A stretch of DNA of 55,957 nucleotides, counting the filler, from Bipalium vagum (Eukaryota), in NCBI GenBank assembly GCA_037834085.1. It is 3 parts of 3 records of this genome, joined end to end, with 100 filler letters (N's around TTAATTAATTAA, not from the genome) between each part and the next. Parts side by side here need not be neighbours in the genome. Positions count along the whole stretch, not along the records: positions 20,393 to 38,516 come from JBBMKC010040205.1; positions 38,617 to 55,957 come from JBBMKC010070404.1; 1 more part is not named here. One strand, 5' to 3'. Under the pieces are notes generated by a model, which made no database searches, was not told the origin of the DNA, and saw only the letters and a list, made by a program, of their open reading frames with translations. Positions within the stretch are counted from its first letter, which is position 1. Every line of letters starts with the position of its first letter. Position numbers and translations under genes: made by a program. Of the stretch, positions 27,301 to 38,747 are shown in pieces.

Positions 27301-30300
27301 TATGCTTATGATTGTTAAATTTTAGTTTCCTGAAAATTTTATATAATTAATATGGTTTGATTAAGAAAGAAAGAGCTTGGTAAAATCAATTTATCTGAAG
27401 ATCGATTTAATTAAAACAAAATATTATGTTTGCTCAACAAATTATTTTTCTTTAAATATTTCAGGCAATAAAAATTCATATTCTAAATTTTTCAAAATTT
27501 AAAATGTTCTTATTTTTAAAACAAAAATTGAGAAAAATAATTAATTATTTTTCGGTTTTACACATTTTATTGAAGAAATATTGATTATTTGATTAATCGT
27601 AAATTCCCTAAAATGTCATTTGAATTTAATAATTAATTATAATTAACTTGTGCTTACATTAATTGAATTATCTTTGATTAAATTATATTTATTATTTATA
27701 ATTAATTGGGTTTATGTATTAATAATAAATATATTAATATATTCATGGTACGTAATTCTTTTCTTTTAAATGATTTTTATATTGAAAATTTATTTCCTGT
27801 TATAACGAAAAACATTTCATGTGAGTTTTGCGATAAAAATTGAAAACTCTTTCATGCAATGTTCAAATTTTCTACTACTATTAAGGGTTTATGTAATAAA
27901 ACCGTGCTGGTGCATAACGTTTTATTGATTTTAACAAAAATAAAATTGTATTTTATATTTAAGCATTAATTAGTTGGAAATTATCAATTGTTTAAAATAT
28001 TTATCTTCGTACCATCTCTGAGATGGCTTTGCAGAATTTGCAAGATTTTGCAGATTCTGCAAATTTCGAAAGACTCGAACTATCTTTCATTATAATGGTA
28101 CAACGGTGATCGAAACAATCGATGGATCTATTTTAATTTAACGATTAAAATTTGATTAAACTGTCACATTTATAAATTGCTTTAATTTCTGCAAATCTTG
28201 GAGCAACTAAAGTTTCGTTCTGTCCAGGCCGCTAGCATATCACCTGATACCTCAAAGAATTCATACATTGCGCAACCAGATCAGATCATTGAGGACAAAG
28301 TTGTCGAAGATTGATATTCTTTCTTACCATAATAGGAAATCACAATGATATTGACACCAGTATTTGTTTTTCCATAGTTTTGTTGTCGGTAAACCGATCG
28401 AGGCGCCAATGCGAAAGTCAAAATTAATGGACTTCTTATCAAGATTGAACCTGCATTAGGGGTTGATCATTGCAGCTTATGATTCTATTTTCAATTTTCA
28501 TAAATTGAATAAAGAAATTCACATGTGACACAATTCGAATATGTTGAAGGATCTCAATCGATATTCTTGCAGCATATTGTTTTTGTTTTAAATGATTAAT
28601 TTAATCTCAAAGTAATATTAATTTGTAGCTTTACTTTTGTAACTATATAGTATATTTTTTAAATTTAACAAAAGTGGTCGCCATTAAGGTCGTTGCGCTC
28701 CCATAAAAGGCTTCGGTTGTTAAAAATGTCATTCTGTAAGCCTGGATTCTAAAAAAATTGTATAACATAGAAAATAACAAATTCATAAATATTAAATTAA
28801 CCTTGACAACAGACCTGCATTGATATCGAAATTCAACAAACTTTTTAAATATATAAAATTTCTGAATCTCAAAATATTTGTGTGAAAACCCTTAAAAAGG
28901 AATGGTTGAGTGTTAAAGGTTCAGATAAGATGTATGGTATAGGGTAGAATTTACGTTAAGACATTATTTGAAATTCAGAGTCAAAATTATTAAAAAGATA
29001 ATAAATAATAATAAATAAAATGAAATTTATTATTGTCTGCCCTAAAGTGTCCGATGGAAATCAGACAAAATTGACATATGATGATCGGTAAGAAAATTAT
29101 TTTTGTTTGAAGAAGCCTGAGAACATTTCTAACAATGTCCATGTCTCTGATGTTAGCTTATTGTTCAATAAGAAGTCTTGTAACAAAAATATATCTTTCA
29201 AGTAACAGATACACGAATATTATGTAATTATTTAAAAGATATCCTAGCAACGTAGGTCAGAAAGAGGTTTCTTTTAAAATATTTTCCCCGTACTTTATTG
29301 GATTGCGCCTGTCAATATTTGTGGGATTATTGAAGGTTCAGTCTGTCTTTTTATCCATTTACTATTTTTGATTCTGGAGCAGTAGAGTATAAAAAATTCT
29401 TTTTGAAAATTAATGATAAGTCACCCTTTCAAGTAGTCTTAATGTACATCCCAACATAAGTCTGAATAAATATAAGGAACCAAATTAATTATGAAATAAA
29501 CCTTTCCTAATAATTTCATTTTTCCAAAGTTCGATATTGAGTCACGTGTCTTCAAAAATATTTACTAACGTAAGGTGGAGAAGAATGACTGTGTCGTCTC
29601 CTAATTATGTATTAAATTTTGAATAAAGAAATAATTAGAATGTTTGTTGTTATTTACATAAAGTGATACATTTACTATATTTATAAATGTCACAGGTGGT
29701 ACTTTACCCTATTTTATATGTTGCATCTTAAATAACAAAATTTGTTTTCGATAAACGACATGAAGCAGAAAATTTGTATGAAATAGGTTACAGCGGCTAA
29801 CGCTCAACTCAGGGTGCGGTCTATGGGTATACGGCTTGTCAGAGCTAAACTTCAAAAATAATGAATAATGTTAAAAAATGTCTATATGATTAAATTTCCT
29901 GAAATAAAATCATTTTTCCATGTTTCCGAAAGTAAAATCTAAAATTTTTCCAAAATTTTGAAAAATATTATCAAGTGATAGAAATTATTTTTTAAAATTA
30001 ACTCTTAATCTTTTTACTTAAATCATAACGAGGACAGCGTCAGATTTGCAAGCTTTATATTTTATTAATCATTTTATATCATTTGATAATATTAATAAAT
30101 TTTACTTAGTCAGAATTTATACAGTAAATTAATAAAAGTGGATCTGTTAAAAATTTACTTAAAATTATTTAAAAACAAATCAAAATAATTGTTTATTTAT
30201 TAAATATATTTAGGTTAAGAAATAAGTAATTGCTTATTGTAATATCATATTTGAGCGTTTGTTTAATTAAAATATGTAATTTGCAATTATTGAACTTCTT

Positions 30301-33300
30301 TGTCAATTTTTCAAAATATTGATTTTTTAATATTTATTAAATTTATTCTAATAACTAAACATTTCTGGTCATAACAAAGGTGCAAAGGAGTAATATATCC
30401 AGATGTCATTAGCTTACGTCATGCCAGAAATAGCTTTAAAAATTTTCAGAAGATACTTTTGATTTGGAGGACCAATCAAAATCATGGGCCCCATCTAAGT
30501 GGATGATGAAATTTCTGAGAGCAGACATTAATTAAATCCCTATCAAACTACGTATGATTTAAAAACCATTGTGAAGATCAACAAATAGAATGCTTGGTCC
30601 CGTTCAAATTGAAAAATGAGAATAGAAGTTAAAGAACTACTTTCCGGATTAAAAACTAATCTTTTTCTAGATCGATTGATAACTGAAGATATCAACAACA
30701 AAAGAAATAGACAATAGTTAAATCTTAACAAAGCACCCATCTTGCAAAATGTTGTTTATACCATAAAAAGGTGTTATTGTCTCTTTGGTGAGATATCCAT
30801 TTTGTCTTGGAAACTGTTGGTAAATAATAACACCATAAATACTAAACTCTATTCTCAAAAATTATTACTTATTTTACTCTCTTCAAAATTATTATAATCT
30901 TTGAATAGAAAAGAGTTTCAAAATGCATAAACCAACGAGGCCTTTTTCGACTCAGCGGATCAGAATCTTATCGCAAAGACATAGAAGCACTATCAAAGAG
31001 ATAGTCGCAAGTCGTCCAGTTTAATGGAAAATATATCTTTGATTCACATTCAAAAATTTATTTTTCTGTGTATATTACCTAAAGAGGAAAGTGTTTAATA
31101 TTTGAGCCAATATTTATATTATTCAATTATTATTATTTATTTATTATTAATATTAAAATTATTATTATTATACATTTTAAAATAAGTGAATAATTATTAA
31201 TAAATGTTACCTCTTTCAAAACTTTTGTTTCAGACTGTGACATATCTAATCTTGGCATGAGCAGCTGATCTTCCCCAGAATAAATAAAATTGCGATCTAC
31301 GTGATCATCGATAGAGGGACCCCAAATAACTCTGTACCTAATATTCTGAGGATTAATAGAGCCACCTTTCTCCATAGACGTATAATCCCAAAATACTAGA
31401 AAAGATTCTGGATTTTTTTGAGAACGCTGAAAAAGCAACTTGTTGGGAGGTTCCAAAGTTGGACCTCCTTAAATCTTGTTAGGATAAATGAAAGGAAATA
31501 TTTGTATTTACCTTTGTTTTTGGTACATAGTAAATTGCTATTCTTGTTTGCGGTCTGTGAAATCAATTTTAAACAAGATGGAGTGCAAAAACAAGAAGTC
31601 ATTAGATTTTGATCTTCTTCAACATTTGTCTGTTTTCTGATCCACCGTACAGAGGGTGTGATTCTTAAAGGTTGGACCTGAATTGTATACCGACAACTAA
31701 AGTGAAGTTGCCCAAGTGTTGCATTAGGTAGGGCGGCTGTGATGCTTCTTTCTCTGTAGATATCTGTGATATCTGTAGATGAAGATTGGTAGTTATTAAG
31801 GATTATTGGGGATGATTCGCTGTCTATGCAGACGTTTGGAACATATGATATTTTGTAAACCAGCTGGTCTTGGGCTGAAATTAACTATGAAGTTTGACTA
31901 TGGAATTCAATCTTACAATTTGATATAAATATATCGACCTTCAAAGAATTCTTATGAAAGTATGGCAAACCGAATTTTATCCTTGAATCGTTTTGACCTT
32001 CAGAACATGTGCATTGGTCAGAAGTCATTGATGAGTCTAAATAATATTTTTGGATAATAATGTATAAACAATGATAATCAAAAGTAAAGTTTGTGCTTTT
32101 AATGATTAATTTCTCGACTCACTCCTTAAAAAATTTTGATTGTTAAATTATCAAGGTGTACTATCGGGATACTTATCTTCCAGACTGGGGTATTGTCATG
32201 TCTCGTGTATTCCTTTTAGGAAAAAATTATATGTTCATTATTACTTATTCTCAATTACCGAAAAACGAATTTTTCAGGAAAGGTTACCTACCATATTTAG
32301 TTTGTAAAAGTGCTATATATTTAGATAAATTCTTTGGAATGACAATTGATGGAGTTTGACAAAAGCGGTTTAAAAGATTCAAAACCAGAGTTTTGGTGTA
32401 AACGACAAGGAACAGGAAACCTATAAAAATATCTGAAGACAATGAACTGAAAGAGATATTGGACGAAGACGACTAGCAAATACAACATTTGATTGGTTCA
32501 TGTAAATCAAGAAGCACTTAAATGATATGGAAAGATCTAGAAGGAAGAAAAATGGAAGCTTAGAAGTTAAAAAAAGGAAACAAACAAAAAATTCATTTGC
32601 CAAATTTTGGTTGAAAGGAATAAAAGAAATTATTTCGTGCATCATTCAATCACTCAGGGTGAAAAGTGAATTGATTGTGACAATCCTAAGTGTAAAAGAT
32701 TATTCAATAGCAATAGAGCGACATTTATGGAAAGTGTTTTTGCTTGTAGAGTGGGATTCAAAGGGTATTATGCAATTAGAAAAACTGAAACCAGATAAAA
32801 ACGTTGCCATGTACATTAACTGCTAAAATTAAGTCATTAACTAAGATCAAAAGGATCGGAGCGAGCTGCTATACACGTGGAAGTAGGTCCGACACCTTAA
32901 AATAGCCAAGATCGAATATCGATGTCGTTCTGCATTTAATTTGATTTCTCAATTGAATTTATTCTAAATCATATTCTCGAAATTTTTTAAAAAGTAAAAA
33001 CAGTTTTCGACACCAAAGCATCTTTCATTATTTGTTGCAAAAAAACACGCCATTTTCTTGTTTTAACTTATCTGAATAATTGAGTAACTTTCACTTTCAT
33101 TACCCCCATTAAAATGGAGTGTCAGGTAGATAAATTACAACAAAGGAGATAAGACAGTCAGTGAACGAAAAGCATAAAGTTGTTTTCGAAATTTTACAGT
33201 GGAAATTTTGATTTAAACGATGCACCTCAGTCAGGGCGACCTAATGACTCTGATAAAGACTGTTTGAACCAATTGATTCAAGGTGATCCGCGGCAATCGA

Positions 33301-35431
33301 TACGGGTACTTGAAAAGTCATGGATTATCGACATCTTCAGAAAAAAGGAAAAGTTCAAAAGTTTGGAACATGCAATCCTCACGTTATCAAAGAAAGTCAC
33401 AAAAAATTCAACGTGTTTCAATTTCCGCATCTTTACTTATTCACCATCAATCTGCTGTGCAGCAACATCAATCTTTCCTTTCCAGGATTGTAATAAGTGA
33501 TGAGAAATGGTGTCTATATGTGAATTGGAGACACCAAAAGGCTTGGGTAAGTTCTCAAAAGCAACCAAAATATGCTGTAAAAATACTTTAATTCAATTTC
33601 ATGATGGAAACTTTTAGCAAGATGAAAGATGAACAATATCAAAAGTTACTTGTATGGCTGACTTGTAAAACCAATGAGTCGTCCATAGAAAGCATTGCAA
33701 AAAAATGAAAGTTTCAGCAAAAGCCGAGATTCAACACGTCTTATTTCCAAATTTGTCTTTAAAAATCGATTGACAAGATCCAATTGATATTTCACTTTGT
33801 TCAGACATCTTTCTGATTGTCAGTCGGTCATCGTTTTATACCAGAATTCTTACTTTTCTAATGTGTCCTTCGTTAGCTGATGTAGAAAGGTTTCCGAAAT
33901 GGTGTTCAAAAGCTTGTAAATCCGTAATTGGAGCACATATTGATCACTGAAACATTTCTACATGATTTCCAGTGTTCTAGAACACGAGACACTGGCCCGT
34001 TAATCTTCCAACAAAGGAGAATTGGAGAATCGCTGATTTATTTTTAAGCGATTACTTAATCAAGGAGATCTCTTCAACTAATGAACACTTAATAATAATG
34101 AAAAGCTTCGGATTCATGTTACTGGAAGTTCAAAAAGTCCATTCAAAGAGGAATTTTCTGAAAATCTATTATCATAAATTTTTAAACGAGATTTTCTCCG
34201 AATCCTCTGAACCAAGTACGAGTTTATGAAGCGGATAAATGTTTTAATCTTTTATAAAGGTTTACTTAAACTCTAAATGAAATGAAATGTGGTGAGGTGA
34301 GTCTGAGTTAAGTTTATTAAATGGAAAAGTCAAGCGAAAGGAAAAATTGAAAAAAAGACCAAAGGGAAAGTAGAATAAGAATAAATTCCACGATTAAAGT
34401 GTACCTGAGTCTTATTTCATAGTTGGGTGACACTGAGTCTGTGTAATGTGCAGGCGAAATATTTTTTGATTTGTTTTAATTCTTAAAATATTTATCGGGC
34501 TGTGACATGACTTTTGTCAGTTTTAATATTTATTTAAGGCTCCTCTTTTGAACGACCTTTTGATGTTTTATAAATCACAAAACGGATTCTCAGAAAAAAC
34601 GATTTTTCAATAATAATATTACTGTGATAAAACAAATTACAGTTTACATTAAAATATCAATAAAATCACAGAAAATGTTTTACCTGTACATAATTAAGGA
34701 AACAAAAAAATTTTCAGAGAAAATTAAAAAATTTACGTCTTTACAAATTAAAAAAATATTAACTTTTTCGATTTTCATGAAGTGTTAGATTTAAACATGA
34801 TTGGTATATCATATTGGAAAATATATTGATTCGGATAGTTAAGATGTCTTTACAACACTGACAGCCATGTCGACTTTCGATCATTCTTGAGTCACTCTTG
34901 TAACCTTTAATAATATTGTTACAATAATAATAATAATAATAATCATGATAATAATATTAAAATTATTACTATTACTACTAATAATAAAGATAATAATCAA
35001 TAAAAAATGATAATAATTATTAACATTAATAATAATAATACGAATACCACACTACTTTCAATGATAATATTTAAAATAATAATAAAAAAAAATAATAATA
35101 AAAATGATAATAAAAAATAATAATAATCAATAATAATAAAAATAAATGACAATAACTCAATAAATACAACCATTTCTAATTTAACATGGATTTTCAAGAT
35201 ATAAATTGATTTATTTTTCTGTTCATAATAATTGTTTATATTTTTACCTTTACATTTTTAATTGACATTTAAACAAATACTATAAATAAATAAATAAATA
35301 AATAATAATGACAATTTACCCTTAGCAACAACCCGTTCTGATTCTCGGGCCGGAAGTTGCGGAGTTGTCAAAAATATTGTATTCGGCAGCGATATCAGCA
35401 CTGTGGACCCCCATTTGCAGATGGCGAGAAC
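21320..35431 (-). CDS. ANOS1: Anosmin-1/KAL1-like FnIII protein, 3' portion (end of FnIII-2 through FnIII-4)
   Basis: Phase-compatible exons: 35431-35320 (VLAICKWGSTVLISLPNTIFLTTPQL), 32036-31917 (IKFGLPYFHKNSLKVDIF), 31874-31512 (YKISYVPNVC...LGQLHFSCRYTIQVQPL...FCTPSC), 31467-31211 (EPPNKL...VFWD...YRVIWG) and 21583-21320 (SIWLENLKKNTFYIVQVQAI). These match recalled anosmin motifs (QAITYWG, GAPFY, LSFSCKYKVTVQPI, FTTPPC). The last exon may instead splice at a GTAAGT near 21436. The WAP domain and earlier exons were not found before the gap. Confidence 0.8.
22640..23130 (+). mobile_element. Degenerate mariner 5' part
   Basis: IRICILYKFEL, FSIENDNRGRP, KLKSLDKWIPHQLN, ICDEKRVLYDN. Confidence 0.8.
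24605..25800 (+). mobile_element. Near-full-length degenerate mariner (mauritiana-like)
   Basis: ATG at 24773, MSNFEPQKQHFREVL; QEDNARPY; LPHLPYSLDISPINYCLFRS; GFQQLSVEW; about 1.2 kb. Confidence 0.88.
25931..26677 (-). mobile_element. Internally deleted DD39D (plant-type mariner) element with Stowaway-like TIRs
   Basis: 31-bp TIRs CTCCC(C/T)CCGTCCGGAAATATGGTATACATTT with one mismatch, TA duplication on both sides, and an extra TIR core copy at about 25977-25998. Internal peptide KLKHGAINEVATAFRVSRLTVSRIW...CGR resembles the DD39D transposase N-terminus. Confidence 0.85.
32150..32880 (+). mobile_element. Degenerate mariner
   Basis: RFKRFKTR, EDNELKEILDED and VEWDSKGIMQLEKLKPDKNV remnants. 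Confidence 0.75.
33010..33590 (+). mobile_element. Degenerate mariner (cecropia-like)
   Basis: MECQVDK start at 33114, FSKFYSGNFDLNDAPQSGRP, FLSRIVISDEKWCLYVN. Confidence 0.88.
33600..34010 (-). mobile_element. Degenerate mariner (irritans-like)
   Basis: PSTSANEGHIRKVRILV*NDDRLTIRKMSEQ; a decayed DDSLV (TGDExW-like) motif. Confidence 0.7.
34920..35160. repeat. Degenerate (AAT)n low-complexity tract
   Basis: Directly visible. Confidence 0.75.
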
Positions 35432-36349
35432 CTAAATGTCAAAAACCGGTTATGATTCGCACGAGGAAAACACTTGGAAATTAGCTGAAGATATTATCAA
35501 AACAGGGAAATTAATTGAAGTTGTACGAAGGCAGATAATGGGGAATCCGACTGGCGAAGAGCTCAGCGATAGGATTCGCAGATAAATTATCGAAGCAGAC
35601 AGAGCAATTAATAAATCTTTCCGCGAAATTAATTTGTCCCTCCGCCGCGATGGGTAATCGAAATTAAGTGGCAACTGTGACGCTTTGATTCGCTTATGAA
35701 CCAGAACCACATGCTGCGAAATGTTCGCCAGTATTTAATCACTCGCCAGCGATTTTGTTTAAATGAAACCAACAACAAACTGCGCGATAACTTAAAATAT
35801 CGTAGCAAATTTAATTAATACAGATTTAATGAATTGGGAAAGTGAAAAAAAGTGAATCCGCTGCAGCAATGGCCAATGGAGATAATTAACAACGCTAATT
35901 CTGTGACTTTATTTTCTTAGCTGGGATTTTGTTTGTGTTATGATGGTGATGAGAAGGAAGAGGGGAGGGTGATATTTATCGTTCCACGACCAGATTTTAT
36001 CAACAATTCTGGAAAATGTTCCCCATCATCTGTCCGAACAGTTTGATAGGGGATCGGAATAATAATATTAATAATAATTACATTGTCTCACCCGTATCTC
36101 TTCCCTTTATGTTGTTCAAGTTTGGCACAAGTTTATTAAACGTGTTCTGGTAAACAAACAATTTGTTTTTCTTATTAATTAAGCTGGGAAATATTTTCCC
36201 TTTTTGTCCGGGTCAGATTGAAGGAGATCAAGTTTCATTTGAAAAATCATTTTATCACATAATTTGATTATATAATAATAATATTTTATTTTATTATTAC
36301 GGATATACATTCTAAGGAAATACATTTTTAATATTATTGGTATGAGGAG

Positions 36350-37585
36350 ACGTAAAAAATTTCCGCCATTTTTCAAGTAAAAAACAAACTTTTTTCATGT
36401 AACAAATAATATTTATAGAATCAAATAAGTTCCATTTTATTGCATACCCTTTCACTATTTATCTGATAAATTCATAATACCATGACTGTAGAAGTTCTGA
36501 GATTTCGGACCAAAAACCTGTACAATATACTTTTCAGTCTTTTCCTGAAACCATTGGAACGCCATTAAGAAAATTCGGCAAAAACAGAAAAAATGGTAGT
36601 CCGGATGTGTTAGTGGATTGTAGGTTTGATGCATCAGAACTCCCCACCCAAGCATTTTTAATTCATTATAGATTGAGATTGTCAGGCGTTATCGTGATGA
36701 AGCACAGCGCACTTTCTGATAAATAATTTAGGCCGGCTTCTTGTCATTGTTTGATCTCGAGTTTCCAGCTACTGACAATAGTATATATAATCAATTTGTT
36801 AAACCAGGTTCCAACAGGTCATAATGATGAATTCCTTTTAAATCCATGAAAACAAAGAACGTCTTGGCTTTTATATACTTTGAAAAGCTTTATAATTTTT
36901 AGATCACGAATCTTTCTCACATTATTATCATATGAGATCCATTTTTCATTTCCAGTGATTATATTTTTAAGACAAAGTTATAAAATATTAATTTTCTTAA
37001 TATTAGTTTTCTTAATATTAAAATTTACAAATAGAAATTCTGCGGATTAAATTTTTTTCTGTTAAATATGAGGCACCCAAATATTAAGCTTTTCTTGGAA
37101 GTTCTTCCTTATAATTTAAAACAGTTTGGTGACAAATGTCTAGATACTTAGCAATGTCATTGCTTCTTATACGACAGTCGTACTTGAGGATTTTACCTAT
37201 TTCGTCGTTTTTATAAACAATTGGTAGGTCAAAACGAGCTGCCTTTTTCAACTTAAATATATCCTGGCGAAATTTTCGGACCATTCCTTCGCCGATCTTC
37301 CTGATATGATATCAGATTCATGGATAACATATTTTTCTTTCACTGACATTTTTCTCTTTCATAAAATAAATTACATAACAAAGTGAAGTTTTTAATTTAA
37401 ATTTTCTGCGACATCTTTTAATTCGGATAAACAAATGAAATCAATATAAATTTTATAATTAAATATTCAAATGATTTTATTTATTAATAGATTTATTAAA
37501 ATTGAATTCCGAACTTTTATATTGTTTGAAATTCAAATTAAAACAGTCTATGTAGAAAATGGCGGGAACTTTTGGGTCATTTAAA
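36350..37585 (-). mobile_element. Near-full-length degenerate mariner (mellifera-like)
   Basis: Inverted ends (TTCCGCCATTTT near 36361 and AAAATGGCGGGAA near 37556); ITGNEKWISYDN, LHHDNA, LGWGVLMHQTYNP...PDYHFF, FYSHGIMNLSDK. Confidence 0.88.
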
Positions 37586-37869
37586 ATTTATTTTATTAAA
37601 ATTAAGGTAAAATTTATTTTTGAAACATAATTATTCTGTCTTAAATAAAGTTTTGTTTTGATTGAATCTTTTAAGAAATATGAAAGACAATATAATAACT
37701 ATTATGGATAAATACCAGATGTTCTCATAAGAAAAATCCAATTTGGCAAGAGCGATTTGGAAGGCATTTGTTTATATAATTTTTTGCGTATATTTAAAAT
37801 ATTGGTAAGTAATTATTAATTCTTTTATAATTTCGTCATGTACTAATTCAGATTTGTTTTATTCCCTCT

Positions 37870-38110
37870 GAAAGACATGATATCTGAGTGAGATATTCGG
37901 GTTCTTTTTCTTTCATATTTCAAAAAAGAACTTAATGCAACGATTACAATCAAAGAAACCAGTAAGAAATTTAATTTTGGAATTTTCCCAAGGTGATTTT
38001 TTGGTTTACCTTACAATTATCGGCAAAATATTGATTAAAATCGTGATTATTTCAATAAAAAAGTTTTGTTCATAATGGAGTTCTTCTTTCATATTTCTGG
38101 GTCGGACATT
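37870..38110 (+). mobile_element. Short mariner remnant
   Basis: IRVLFLSYFKKELNAT N-terminal motif. Confidence 0.45.
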
Positions 38111-38444
38111 TCATAAGAAAACAATATTAAAAGAATAAACTTAACGCTGAGCACTGTTCTGGAGTAATTTTATCCGTGGAGAATTATTCCTTTTATAAAT
38201 TAACCGAAATTCTGTAAATGATGAAAAAGAATAATTTCTAAAATTTCTTCGAAGTGAATTTATTATTTTAATAGAGAAAATGTCAAAATATTTTTATCCC
38301 ACGAAAAGAATGACATGAAGCTTTTTCCTATTTTTCTCAATTGTGAATTAATTAATAAAAATCTTTTAAATTTCAAAGCGAATAAATTATTGGTCGTATT
38401 CATTTTAATGTTATTCAAACTCGTCAGCTGAATATGAAGATGGA

Positions 38445-38449
<5 letters not shown>

Positions 38450-38516
<67 letters not shown>

Positions 38517-38616
38517 NNNNNNNNNNNNNNNNNNNNNNNNNNNNNNNNNNNNNNNNNNNNTTAATTAATTAANNNNNNNNNNNNNNNNNNNNNNNNNNNN
38601 NNNNNNNNNNNNNNNN

Positions 38617-38685
<69 letters not shown>
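38450..38685. repeat. (AAT)n microsatellite on both sides of the second gap
   Basis: Perfect AAT runs at about 38450-38516 and 38617-38685. Confidence 0.95.
38517..38616. other. Assembly gap spacer
   Basis: 44 N + TTAATTAATTAA + 44 N = 100 nt. Confidence 0.97.
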
Positions 38686-38689
<4 letters not shown>

Positions 38690-38747
38690 TAATATCTGGA
38701 AATAGAGAAGTTTAAAATTTTAAAATTTCATTGAAAACAATACTTAC

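Noticed and set aside
27980-29600. Possible further Merlin remnants
   Set aside because: Only vague motif fragments; not supportable without a search.
38140-38215. Possible exon FRLIYKRNNSPRIKLLQNSAQR in phase with the last XPG donor
   Set aside because: No XPG or anosmin motif, lies across a gap, and ends in a stop; phase agreement is easily chance.
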